Origin: Myxococcota bacterium
GTDB lineage: Bacteria > Myxococcota_A > Polyangia > Polyangiales > Houyiibacteriaceae
NCBI GenBank assembly: GCA_039030515.1
Contig: JBCCEA010000008.1
Location: 1 to 64,000, forward strand
Direction of reading: 5' to 3'
Length of the DNA stretch: 64,000 nucleotides
Positions 41,371 to 50,793 of the stretch are shown here, in pieces. Under the pieces are notes generated by a model that saw only the letters and a list, made by a program, of their open reading frames with translations, did not search any database and was not told the DNA's origin. Position 1 is the first letter of the stretch; each line of letters begins with the position of its first letter. Both the position numbers and the translations under genes were made by a program.

Positions 41371-41679
41371 GGCGTCAGTAGCCCCATCCGCCTCTTTGGT
41401 CTCCAGATCTGGAGGGTAATCGACCCCGCCGGGATGAAAGGGATGGCAGCGACAGATCCTCTTCAAACCGAGCCAGCCGCCCTTGAATGCGCCAAAGCGA
41501 TCGATGCAGGTCGCCGTGTAGCGTGAGCAGCTTGGGTGGAATCGACACGCTTGACCCAATATCGGAGAAAGCGTGTACCAGTACGCCCGTATAACGATGA
41601 GCAAGAAACGGGCAAGCCAGGACTTGTTCGAACGCGCCATCCCGGAGCTGGAGACTCGCCCCGACTGCGTTTCAGACAT
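41362..41679 (-). CDS. yidD: Membrane protein insertion efficiency factor YidD
   Basis: 'LSPILGQACRFHPSCSRY...GWLGLKRICRCHPFHPGGVDYPP'; ATG overlaps the ribD end (alternative start 41640). Confidence 0.93.
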   Translation of the reverse strand: MSETQSGRVSSSGMARSNKSWLARFLLIVIRAYWYTLSPILGQACRFHPSCSRYTATCIDRFGAFKGGWLGLKRICRCHPFHPGGVDYPPDLETKEADGATDAQT

Positions 41680-42406
41680 CGGATCCGAGCTCTTCATCGA
41701 CCAGTCCCAAAGCGCGCAAACGATCCGCCAGCAGATCAGTTGAGGCCACGGCCACCCTCGTGAGCCCTTCTTCACCGAGCTCAGCCAGCCGTCGAGGCAA
41801 AACCGCATCGCCCGCAATGGGGCGAACGTGCTGTCCCATCGAAGCAGACCCTCCGGTCGAAAGGAGCGAGCCGGAGCTACCCACGAGGACCGCATCTTGA
41901 AAACGGCAAAGCGACTCGAAATCTTCTTCCGTCGATGCAGTGACCACGACAACCCTGGGGCGACCCTTTTCCACCCGGGTAAAGAATCCTGCGTTGAGCT
42001 TCCGTGCATCCTCTTCGCAAACACCTGCTACCACTTCGATGGCCGCTTCCCGCAGCCGCAAGATCCCCTTGCCGTTCACCCTCGGATCCGGGTCGGATAC
42101 CGCCACAACCACCGCCGAAACCTTCGCATCGACCAGGGCATCTGTGCATGGAGGGGTTCGCCCCCAGTGACTACAGGGCTCGAGCGTGACGTACACGGTC
42201 GCACCCGCAGCCGCCTGACCGGCTTGCCGAAGAGCAGATACCTCCGCGTGGGGGCGCCCTCCCCGCCCGGTCGCTCCAGAGCCTACGATCTCAGAGTCTT
42301 GGACGACCACACATCCGACCGACGGGTTGGGCCAGACGGATCCTAGGCCGGGTCTTGCAAGGTCCAGCGCTTGACGCATCCATACCGTATCTTTGGACTC
42401 GGGCAT
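41672..42406 (-). CDS. ribD: Riboflavin biosynthesis protein RibD (deaminase intact, reductase domain short/degenerate)
   Basis: PNPSVGCV, HAE and VTLEPCSHWGRTPPC motifs; only ~95 aa follow the deaminase domain. Confidence 0.9.
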   Translation of the reverse strand: MPESKDTVWMRQALDLARPGLGSVWPNPSVGCVVVQDSEIVGSGATGRGGRPHAEVSALRQAGQAAAGATVYVTLEPCSHWGRTPPCTDALVDAKVSAVVVAVSDPDPRVNGKGILRLREAAIEVVAGVCEEDARKLNAGFFTRVEKGRPRVVVVTASTEEDFESLCRFQDAVLVGSSGSLLSTGGSASMGQHVRPIAGDAVLPRRLAELGEEGLTRVAVASTDLLADRLRALGLVDEELGSDV

Positions 42407-42457
42407 AAGATCGAGTACTCCGCGACCAGGGAGTCGAACCACCGGGAGCTCCGACTT

Positions 42458-43336
42458 CTAAGGTTCTCCGGGATCTTCAGCGCACCTACCGTGATCCGGC
42501 GCTTCAGGCAGCGTTTCCTGTAGATCGATCCGGATCCGTTCCCGAGCCACAAACGCCCCATCCCACAGGTCGCCCGCATCTCGCTCGACGGACGCCATAA
42601 AGGCATCGTCGTGTTGCGGATCGTGATGAAAAATAGCCAATCGCTTCACGGACGCTTCCTGGCAAAGCCGTACGCCCTCTTGCCAAGTCGAGTGCCCCCA
42701 TCCGATATGCTCGACGAATTCTTCATCGGTATACGTGGAGTCGTAGATCACAAGGTCTGCCCCATCGATCAGTTGCAGTATGTTCTGGTCGCGGGTTCCG
42801 GGAACGTGCTCGGTGTCTGTGACGTAGCAAACCGACCGCCCCTCGTGCTCAATGCGGTAGCCGGTAGCGCCGTTGGGATGGTTGAGCGGTGTGGTACGTA
42901 CGTGAACCCGATCGTCGAGCGAAAACGAGTCACCGGCGCGAAAATCATCGAAGGCAATCTCGGCGTGCAACTCGTCTAAGGGCACAGGGAAGACTGGATG
43001 AGCCATTTGCCCGGCGAGAGTGCGCCGAACTCCTCCTTCAGGCAGATGCCCCGCCATCACCCGAAATGCGTATTCTTTACGATACAAGGAGCGAAAGAAG
43101 GGGAATCCATTGATGTGGTCCCAGTGGGTGTGGGTGAGCAGTAGCGTCGCCGAATTGGACTCGGAGGCCTCAAAAGAATCGCTTAACTCCCGGATTCCGG
43201 TACCTGCATCCAAAACCAGGTACTGATCGCCCGCGCGTACCTCGATGCAGCTGGTGTTGCCACCGAACTTCATGTGCGAGGGCGAGGGGCAGGCGATACT
43301 GCCTCGAACCCCCCAGAATTTGATCCAGAACGTCAT
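42458..43336 (-). CDS. MBL-fold metallo-hydrolase (phosphodiesterase-like)
   Basis: FWGVRGSI, GGNTSC, DAGTG, THTHWDHING, TDTEH, GWGHS and FHHDP motifs. Confidence 0.92.
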   Translation of the reverse strand: MTFWIKFWGVRGSIACPSPSHMKFGGNTSCIEVRAGDQYLVLDAGTGIRELSDSFEASESNSATLLLTHTHWDHINGFPFFRSLYRKEYAFRVMAGHLPEGGVRRTLAGQMAHPVFPVPLDELHAEIAFDDFRAGDSFSLDDRVHVRTTPLNHPNGATGYRIEHEGRSVCYVTDTEHVPGTRDQNILQLIDGADLVIYDSTYTDEEFVEHIGWGHSTWQEGVRLCQEASVKRLAIFHHDPQHDDAFMASVERDAGDLWDGAFVARERIRIDLQETLPEAPDHGRCAEDPGEP

Positions 43337-43443
43337 AGCTCCTCAAAGACTCTGACCCCGAAGCCAACCTCAGTCCATGAGTCACTTCAACTGGAGGGTG
43401 CACTTCAACCAACTGCGGTTCACGGCATACGCGTTTGTACTCG

Positions 43444-43905
43444 TTAAGAGACTAACGCTGCCCGCAATCGATCCGCTAGTTCTTCTGCGCGAGACACGTC
43501 GAGAGGGCTCGCTGGCCAACCCACGCGAAGACCTTCTTGCTCGCTGGGTTTGGGAATGATGTGCACGTGAACATGGAACACCGATTGGTGTGCTGAAGCA
43601 CCGTTATTTTGTAGGATGTTGTAGGACTGGCATCCGGAGACCTTCTGAACCGCTCGGCAAAGTCTCGGTAACACTCTGCCGAGCGCCGCAGCAGAGTCGT
43701 CTGAGAGTTCATCTAGGGTGACTGCTGGTTCCTTGGGAACCACCAGGGTGTGCCCGAAGCTCAGCGGATGTGCATCGAGAAACGCGAGCACGAAGTCGTC
43801 TTCGTAGACGCGGTGGCATGGAATTTCGCCCCGGATGATCCTTGCAAATACCGTCTCGGTTCTGTCCATGCGCAGAGCATGACTCGGAATCTGCTCGGAT
43901 TCCAA
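43444..43905 (-). CDS. HIT family hydrolase
   Basis: IIRGEIP, GHTLVVPK and HVHVH histidine triad; start may be 43869. Confidence 0.95.
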   Translation of the reverse strand: MESEQIPSHALRMDRTETVFARIIRGEIPCHRVYEDDFVLAFLDAHPLSFGHTLVVPKEPAVTLDELSDDSAAALGRVLPRLCRAVQKVSGCQSYNILQNNGASAHQSVFHVHVHIIPKPSEQEGLRVGWPASPLDVSRAEELADRLRAALVS

Positions 43906-43948
43906 TGTCCTCGGATTCTAACGTGGTAACGTACGTCAGGCGGCTACC

Positions 43949-44004
43949 CGACCGAGCCCAGTCGACCGAGCCCAATCCACCGAGCCCAGTCGACCGAGCC
44001 CTGC
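43949..44004 (+). repeat. 14-bp tandem repeat, 4 units
   Basis: CGACCGAGCCCAGT / CGACCGAGCCCAAT / CCACCGAGCCCAGT / CGACCGAGCCCTGC, abutting the radical SAM stop codon. Confidence 0.9.
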
Positions 44005-44005
44005 C

Positions 44006-45871
44006 CTACGGTGTTTCTTCTCGAAAGTCCGCCGTGCCGAGCTCGCCAGCGCCGCGGACCGTTCGAAGCTCACCCGTGCCATAAAGCTCGGCATATCCTC
44101 GCCGAAGCCCGAAACAGCGCCCGCGAAGCGTGCATGCCTCACAAGCTTCCGCCCACACCGTCTCTCCCCCGACGTACCCATCGGGAGCTTCACTCATATG
44201 CATCCAGGGATTGAGCTCCTCCGGTACCAAGCAGAGAGGCAAACCGCACATCGACTCAAAACCGTTCAGCCGTATTCCACGTCGTTTGGCTTCCGCCATG
44301 CCGGCGGACAAATGAGGCAAGACCTCGGTGTAGCGGGGAATGAGCTGCTTGGTTCTGGGCACCAGGTCTGTCGACGGAGCCACAAAGGAAACCGAGACTT
44401 CTGCTTCGGGAAAGCGCTCGGCCACGAAGACGACGAACGCTTTGAAGTACCTCAGATTGGCCTGGTGGAACACCCAGTTTACGCGAACGGGAACGCCCGC
44501 CCGCTGAAGCGCTTCGATACCCCTCACCGTTTTGTCAAACGTTCCTGGAGCACCGGTGATCGAATCGGACAGTGCCGCATGTTCGGCGTGCAGCGAGACA
44601 AACGCGAGGTCCAAATCTCGATCCTTCAGGCCCTTGGCCAACGGCTCATCGATACGCGTCGCATTGGTTTGGAGCTCGACCGCACTGGCCCCTTCACGCT
44701 TTGCGAGCTCCAGGAAATCGAGCAGTCGAGGATGGAGGGTAGGCTCTCCTCCGGAAAGAGCGATCTCGGCATTTCTGCGCGCGGCATCGACGATAGCCGC
44801 CTCGACCATCGCGTCGTCTGCGTCAGGGAGATGGGTGGATACAAAGCAAAAAGCGCAAGACTGATTGCATCGAAAGCCGATCCGCACCGAGCGACACACG
44901 ACCATGCCCCCAGCTAGGTCGCGCTTGATCTCATCCTGGTAGAGCTCCCGTTCGATCTGCTCCTTCACTGTTGAAAGTAAACTCAGGCGCCGGCGTACTC
45001 GGTCGTCGCGAATCGGACGCAAGGGATGATCGAGGTGCGGATTCGGCAGTCCGGGGCAGCGGTCGACAAGGGTGCATGAGGTGCATTCGGCTTTCTGTGC
45101 GTAACCTTGGCGATCCTTACCGCCTCGCGTCAGAGCGAACAGGCGACTCAGTCGCTTGGGTTCCGGAAAGATACATGGAGGAAGCACGGTGTGTGGATCG
45201 AGCCGAAGGGAAACGCGCCATCGCTGACACTGCCTGACCAGCGCATCTAGCGTGAGCGCGGCGTCGGACAAAGAGAGCAAGGAGGCTGAGTCGGACGCTT
45301 CGAAAGGAATACCGACAACCCAGGTTTCGACAGGAAGGCCGGAGAGCTGCTGTGGCATGTCCATCACCAAAGAGGCGTTCTTTGAAACAAGGGGCGTGCT
45401 TACTTCCAGCCGGACGCCTGCATCCGCAAGAGCATGCAGTCCGGCGAGTGCGGCGCGAAAACCTCCCGGATCGTTGGTGATCCGGTCAGCGTCCTCGCCC
45501 CAAGCGGGCAGGTGCACCCGCGCCAGCGACAGTCCTGCCTCTGCAAGCCGGCGAGCATAGTGGGCATCGATGAGGGTCGCGTTGGTCTCAAGGTGCACCG
45601 CGCGGCCTTGAGTGCTGCAGGCATATGCGACCATGTCTACCAAATCCCGTCGCAGGGTTGGTTCGCCGCCTGTCAGGACAACGCATGCATCCGCCGCGCT
45701 GTCGATACGCTCGCGAACTGCTCTAGGTCTGACGAATTCCGGCTTCTCTCGCGGAGAGCGTCGATTGCAAAAGCCACAGTTCTGATTGCAGGTTCGGTTT
45801 GTGTACACCCTAGCCTCACGGCGGCGCTGGGTATTTTGCATGCCCCATTCGGCGAGCGAAGGCTCGGTCAT
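44006..45871 (-). CDS. Tandem double radical SAM protein
   Basis: Two CxxxCxxC motifs (CNQNCGFC, CNQSCAFC), each followed by GGEPTL and ETNA/QTNA, and each module ending in CxxC-x5-C-x-G (CTSCTLVDRCPG, CEACTLRGRCFG); start uncertain (45841-45979). Confidence 0.92.
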   Translation of the reverse strand: MTEPSLAEWGMQNTQRRREARVYTNRTCNQNCGFCNRRSPREKPEFVRPRAVRERIDSAADACVVLTGGEPTLRRDLVDMVAYACSTQGRAVHLETNATLIDAHYARRLAEAGLSLARVHLPAWGEDADRITNDPGGFRAALAGLHALADAGVRLEVSTPLVSKNASLVMDMPQQLSGLPVETWVVGIPFEASDSASLLSLSDAALTLDALVRQCQRWRVSLRLDPHTVLPPCIFPEPKRLSRLFALTRGGKDRQGYAQKAECTSCTLVDRCPGLPNPHLDHPLRPIRDDRVRRRLSLLSTVKEQIERELYQDEIKRDLAGGMVVCRSVRIGFRCNQSCAFCFVSTHLPDADDAMVEAAIVDAARRNAEIALSGGEPTLHPRLLDFLELAKREGASAVELQTNATRIDEPLAKGLKDRDLDLAFVSLHAEHAALSDSITGAPGTFDKTVRGIEALQRAGVPVRVNWVFHQANLRYFKAFVVFVAERFPEAEVSVSFVAPSTDLVPRTKQLIPRYTEVLPHLSAGMAEAKRRGIRLNGFESMCGLPLCLVPEELNPWMHMSEAPDGYVGGETVWAEACEACTLRGRCFGLRRGYAELYGTGELRTVRGAGELGTADFREETP

Positions 45872-46019
45872 CGAAACAACCTTTGCAGTAGTGACCTGGC
45901 GCAAGGAACAGCCCACTGCGGTGTACAAGCTGCACGCATCGTCGTATTTGAACCTAAACGAGTAGGCCGCGTGGCGCAAACGAGCCGTTCTGCGTGCGAG
46001 AGGGCGTCGTTACCGAAGG

Positions 46020-49000
46020 TCATTCGATGTAGCCAAGCTGACGCAGTCTCTCGGCCGCATCCGCATCGAGTTCCTGCGCTTTTCGTCGCTCCACCGCACC
46101 TACGCTGGCAGCCTCCGCGGCGGTGCGCAGGGCTTCTACCATCGGCACCACCTCCTCCGGCGCGTTCAGCGCTACGTCGTGCTGCTCCGCTGCATCGAGG
46201 TCTACCCGATACAGAGCCACTGGCGGGAGCCCTCGGGGATTGCCCTCGTTGGCCAAGATGACTTTCCGCTCCTCGGTGCCAAGGCGCTCCCGCAGCGCTT
46301 CGAGCTCGTTGCCCTCGTGATGCTCCCAGGCATACACCCGATCGGTACCCTCAAAGAGATCACCGTCCGAAATCCCGGGCGGAAGCTCTAGGCCGAGCTG
46401 ACGAAGCAAGGTAGGAGCGACATCGATGCTCTGAACCCAGTGACGAACGACGGTACCGCCGCGTCGATTGCGGGGCAGCTTCACGAAGAGTGGAATATGT
46501 ATCTGCTCATCGTAGAGCGTGGTCCCGTGCCAGAATCCACCGTGATCGCCAAACTCTTCACCATGGTCTGAGGTCACTACGATCGTCATCTCATCGTAAA
46601 GCTCTCGAAGCTTGAGCTGTTCAATGAGGAGGCCAAAGTGTCGGTCCCAGAAGTTAATTTCGCCATCGTAAAGCCGACGCAGCTCGGGTGCCTCTTCTAG
46701 CGAGGGCCGTTGGTGGGCCGCCCGCGCATAGCCACTGCCCTCATAGGGGTGTACGAAGTAGGGGTCATGCGGGTCCATGTACCCAACAAATAGGAATCGA
46801 GGTCGCTGCGAGCGAGATGCATCGAGCCAGTCGAAGACGTGCCGGTTGACGGTCTCTGCATCTTGGTACGCCGTGCCTGGACGAACGTCTTCAAGCAACT
46901 GAGCGCGGACCTTCTCGATGCTTTGCCTCAGGAACTGAACCAGCAACAATTTCGCCGAAGCGTCGTCCGCACCGAGCACAAACTCCGGCTCGAGATAACG
47001 GTAGACGTCGAATCCTTGTTGAAAATTGTAATAGGGACCGACGTTGAAATTCGTGACAAATCCGGCGGTGCGATACCCCTTGGCGCGCAATACCTCTGGA
47101 AGCGTCGTCACCATGTCCGGTAGCGCATCGTCCTTGCTCATCACCCCGTGACTGCTGGGATGACGCCCGGAGAGAAGGCTGGCAAAGCTCGGCCGAGTCC
47201 AACTGGCATTCGCAAAGGCCTGATCAAATCGAATCGCGTCCTGGGCAAACGCATCGAGGGCAGGAGTGCTCCCGCGCTCGTAGCCGTACGAGGGCAGATG
47301 ATCTGCCCTCAATGTATCGACCACAATAAAGAGAATGTCCCCGGCATCCTCGGCGTGTGGAGCCGCAACAGGCAGCCCATGCTCACGTGAAACGTATGTG
47401 CCGGAAGAAGCCTGACTGCCGAACATCGAAAGCACGACCGCAAAAGAGACCAGCGTCGCCGAGAACGCAAAGGAGCCCCAAATCTTTGGAAGAGCCTGCC
47501 CGACGCGACGCTTTACCGCCCAAAGAAGCACTCTGTTCAGCAACAAAAAGAGGAGTGATGCAGCCAGAACGCATCCTGAAAGTACGGCGAGACCCAAGCC
47601 GCTTTTCCAAACGAGAGCCTCGTCGAATGCATCGCGGCGTACGCGAAACGCCCCCAGAGCGAAACCGAATACCGCGACGACAGCCGCGGTCATGCGACTG
47701 TAGGAGATCGCCGAGGATGGTGCCGCGCGACGCATCCATCGGTGGGTGAGCGCCAGCGTGAAGCCGAGTCCGCCTCCGGCAAACCCACAAAAAACGCCGT
47801 AGGCCAGAGCGCCATACCAGAGAACGCCCAGACCGGAACGACCACCGCCCGAAAAAACGACCACCGCGGCCTCCCCAAGCCCTACCAGAACTCCCGCAAG
47901 CATTCCCGCAGCGAGCCCTGTCGACAAGCCGGTAAGGGGTCTTGGCCAGAGCGCCTTGGGTACCGGGCGGCTATCCGTTTCTGCTGGGATTTCACGCTCA
48001 TGATCCTCTACGACGATCCCCGGCGCGTAGTCTCCTCGACGCAGGAGGAACACCAAACCACCAAACGCGGATACGAACATCTCGGCCGCAAAACCCACCG
48101 TCGGGATGAGTATCGCGTCTGTTAGGGCCACGCCGACCGTGGTGTAGAGCGCGACGGCCGCCGTCTCACGCAAGCCGATACCGTTGATCGAGGCTGGAAT
48201 CAGGGTGGCAAAGATTTGGAGCGAGGAGCCGAAAAACACCGTGCCGATCGAAAGCTCCACGTCCAGCGCACGCGCAGCGCAAACGTAGATCAGGTTGTTG
48301 AAGGTATGGGTCCCGATCCCGAGAGCGCCCGCCTGCGTCAAAAGCGCTCCTTTCCCGTCATAAGCCATCACGGCGTCAACCAGTGACCGAATCCGGCCGC
48401 GCACCGCCTGAGGCAGCACCCGGAGCGCACCGAGGAACAGGCGAGGTCGCGCTAGAAAAAAGAGTCCGGCGGAGATGACCACGACGAAAAAGCCGTTGAC
48501 CATGAGCAGCCCGCGCAACCCGACAAGCGAAAAGCCGAAGATCGAGGCAGCCATACAGACCGCCCCGAAAGCCAGCTGACCGAGGACCACCTCCACACCG
48601 ATCACCGCGGTAGCTCGGGCGGTCTTGCCGGTATGCTTGGCTACATCAAAGATGCGCCATCCTCCGAATCCGGTGAATCCCCCCGGAGTGAAAGCGCCCC
48701 AGAAGCGAGCGATCATGATCGAACCCGAAAGAAAACGCCACGGAGCGTGGATGCCTTGTCCTACGAGCAAGCGCTGCCAGCGAACCGCAGAACACGCGAT
48801 GGCGCAGAGCTGCATCACCACGGCCAAAACGACCCATTCCCATCGAAGCTGTTCGACGCGGGCCCATATCTCCGAGGCACCTTCCCTCAGCACGATCTTT
48901 CGATAGACCCAAGCGAGCATCCCCGCGGTAAAGGCGAGCTTCAAAAAACCAAAGGTCATCTTGCGCAACATCGACTTAGACGATGCATCATGCGGTCGAG

Positions 49001-49052
49001 ATTGAGGCTCAGGCGTCAGTTCTGTGGGTGGCGGTAGTTCGGTCGCGCTCAT
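46020..49052 (-). CDS. Fusion of a lysylphosphatidylglycerol-synthase-TM (flippase-like) domain and a sulfatase-like hydrolase/transferase
   Basis: N-terminal multi-TM region with 'RWQRLL...G' and 'PASINGIGLRE'; second TM bundle; C-terminal VDTLRADHL, SWTRPSFAS, MDPHDPY, YDGEI and TSDHGEEF..HG motifs. Confidence 0.9.
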   Translation of the reverse strand: MSATELPPPTELTPEPQSRPHDASSKSMLRKMTFGFLKLAFTAGMLAWVYRKIVLREGASEIWARVEQLRWEWVVLAVVMQLCAIACSAVRWQRLLVGQGIHAPWRFLSGSIMIARFWGAFTPGGFTGFGGWRIFDVAKHTGKTARATAVIGVEVVLGQLAFGAVCMAASIFGFSLVGLRGLLMVNGFFVVVISAGLFFLARPRLFLGALRVLPQAVRGRIRSLVDAVMAYDGKGALLTQAGALGIGTHTFNNLIYVCAARALDVELSIGTVFFGSSLQIFATLIPASINGIGLRETAAVALYTTVGVALTDAILIPTVGFAAEMFVSAFGGLVFLLRRGDYAPGIVVEDHEREIPAETDSRPVPKALWPRPLTGLSTGLAAGMLAGVLVGLGEAAVVVFSGGGRSGLGVLWYGALAYGVFCGFAGGGLGFTLALTHRWMRRAAPSSAISYSRMTAAVVAVFGFALGAFRVRRDAFDEALVWKSGLGLAVLSGCVLAASLLFLLLNRVLLWAVKRRVGQALPKIWGSFAFSATLVSFAVVLSMFGSQASSGTYVSREHGLPVAAPHAEDAGDILFIVVDTLRADHLPSYGYERGSTPALDAFAQDAIRFDQAFANASWTRPSFASLLSGRHPSSHGVMSKDDALPDMVTTLPEVLRAKGYRTAGFVTNFNVGPYYNFQQGFDVYRYLEPEFVLGADDASAKLLLVQFLRQSIEKVRAQLLEDVRPGTAYQDAETVNRHVFDWLDASRSQRPRFLFVGYMDPHDPYFVHPYEGSGYARAAHQRPSLEEAPELRRLYDGEINFWDRHFGLLIEQLKLRELYDEMTIVVTSDHGEEFGDHGGFWHGTTLYDEQIHIPLFVKLPRNRRGGTVVRHWVQSIDVAPTLLRQLGLELPPGISDGDLFEGTDRVYAWEHHEGNELEALRERLGTEERKVILANEGNPRGLPPVALYRVDLDAAEQHDVALNAPEEVVPMVEALRTAAEAASVGAVERRKAQELDADAAERLRQLGYIE

Positions 49053-49246
49053 TGCACGTTTCCTGCTCTATTTGGGAGCCCCCTCTATTTATTAGAGGCC
49101 CCGTAGGAACGTTCGGTTACCTCCAAGGCGTAATCACAGCAAGTTCTCAGCCGCTCGGTCCACGGAGCACGCGATCTGGCGGCGACCGAACATTGTCCCC
49201 GAAGCCCGGAAGCCGTCACCGAATACTCCGCGATCACGCCTAGGAG

Positions 49247-50737
49247 TTGCCGTCGAAATACCGTGCTGGTACGCCTCAAACCGTGAAGCCAGACCCTACG
49301 GCCACAGGCCTAAGTCCAAACGCTTTGTTTGTAGCGACATGTGGTGCGGCAAGCATCCTCGCTGCGGTCCTATCGAGCGGATGCGAGGAATCCCGCCCTG
49401 AGGAGCCCGTCTCGAGCGAGAACCACGAGGAAACAAGCCAAAACCCGAGCGCCCTTCGAAACTCCACTAAGAGCCTCGAACACGCATCGCCGCCCGCTCG
49501 AGGCAAGGCTCCCCCGTCGCACACTACCCCCAGTGATCTGCCACGTGGACTCCTCGTCACCTACGCTCAGTTCGACTCGAACAATCGACCTCAGGCCGCT
49601 CGGCTCGAAATGATCACACGGCAGGGCGGAACATGGCAGGTGGAAGCGATCGAGGACCAGGAGAGCAATGTGTTTCACAAAGCGATGGTCCTGGGCGGCA
49701 ACTTGGCTCTCGACGACGCCCCATCCAGAAGCGGCAAACTCAATCGCCCAAAACAGCTCGATCCATCGGGGATCGTCACGCTCGGAGGTATGGGTGCAGC
49801 GGTGAAGTTGTGGCGCCGTGCTGGTGACGCATGGCAGGCCAAGACCCTTTGGAGCAAGGACTTCGGGGGACGCTTTAATCGCATGCGGGACGCAGAAATA
49901 GCGGACCTGGACGGAGACGGGCTGCTCGAGATCGCGGTGGGTACCCACGATCAAGGAGTCGTCGCGATTCTTGATCACGATGCGAAAGGCAACTGGGCGA
50001 TTCGTGAACTCGACCGCCAAGCCGATACCTTTATCCATGAGATCGAACTTGGAGATTTGGACGGCGATGGAACCCTTGAAATTTACGCGACTCCCTCAGA
50101 ACCAAACACCCTGGGCGGCGGGGAGCAGCACGGGGAGGTCGTCCGCTACAGCCCGGGTGATCGCCCTGTGCGTACGACGGTGGCCGATCTGGGGAATCGG
50201 CACGCCAAGGAAATCTGGGTTGGCGACGCGGACGGAGACGGTAGAGACGAACTCTACGTCGCGGTAGAGGCCTTGACCGCGGGGGAAGGCTCCGAAATGC
50301 GAATCGTCGAAGAGGTTGAGATTCGCCGGTACGATGCCGATACCGCCCCGACAGACCGGGTGGTGGTCGCAAGAATCCGGGACCGATTCAATCGCTTTCT
50401 CACCGTCGGTGACCCCGATGGGGACGGCACAAACGCGATGGTGGCTGCATCCTTCCGTGCGGGGCTCTGGCTCATCGAACCCGGCAGCAATCCTCGTGAG
50501 GAATGGGCCGTCAGCAGTATCGATCGCAACTCGGGGGGCTTTGAGCATGCGGCATACTTTACGGATCTCGATGGGGACGGTCGGGACGAGCTGTACGTAG
50601 GCTCTGACGCCCAAGGCGAACTGAGACGCTACGTGTGGGTAAACGGCAAAGCGCGAAGCGAGGTCATCCTGAAGTGGTCCCCACCTCGTTCCCGCATGAC
50701 TTGGAATATCACCGCAGCACCAAGATCCATGCTCTGA
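49247..50737 (+). CDS. FG-GAP/VCBS repeat beta-propeller lipoprotein
   Basis: Five D-x-D-G-D-G repeats (DLDGDGLLEI, DLDGDGTLEI, DADGDGRDEL, DPDGDGTNAM, DLDGDGRDEL); lipobox-like LSSGC; start uncertain. Confidence 0.8.
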   Translation: MPSKYRAGTPQTVKPDPTATGLSPNALFVATCGAASILAAVLSSGCEESRPEEPVSSENHEETSQNPSALRNSTKSLEHASPPARGKAPPSHTTPSDLPRGLLVTYAQFDSNNRPQAARLEMITRQGGTWQVEAIEDQESNVFHKAMVLGGNLALDDAPSRSGKLNRPKQLDPSGIVTLGGMGAAVKLWRRAGDAWQAKTLWSKDFGGRFNRMRDAEIADLDGDGLLEIAVGTHDQGVVAILDHDAKGNWAIRELDRQADTFIHEIELGDLDGDGTLEIYATPSEPNTLGGGEQHGEVVRYSPGDRPVRTTVADLGNRHAKEIWVGDADGDGRDELYVAVEALTAGEGSEMRIVEEVEIRRYDADTAPTDRVVVARIRDRFNRFLTVGDPDGDGTNAMVAASFRAGLWLIEPGSNPREEWAVSSIDRNSGGFEHAAYFTDLDGDGRDELYVGSDAQGELRRYVWVNGKARSEVILKWSPPRSRMTWNITAAPRSML

Positions 50738-50793
50738 GGTCTACAAGCCAGCTTTGAATGCGATGAGGCTTAGAAAAAAAGCCTGAAACCTAC

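Noticed and set aside
40836..41526. Repetitive ORFs (PYPVRFG / RTRSGL / TVPGQV) on both strands
   Set aside because: Open in several frames only because the repeat lacks stops; unit lengths are not consistently multiples of three
41680..42024. 220-aa version of YidD
   Set aside because: Extension overlaps ribD in another frame; YidD is a small protein
44006..45871. Anaerobic sulfatase maturase (anSME) or a defined RiPP cluster
   Set aside because: Neighbour lacks the (C/S)xPxR motif, the rSAM lacks a SPASM-type Cys pattern, and no precursor peptide, protease or exporter is evident
50766..50784. Terminator hairpin AGGCT...AGCCT between convergent genes
   Set aside because: Stem only 5 bp with no flanking U-tract; too weak to call
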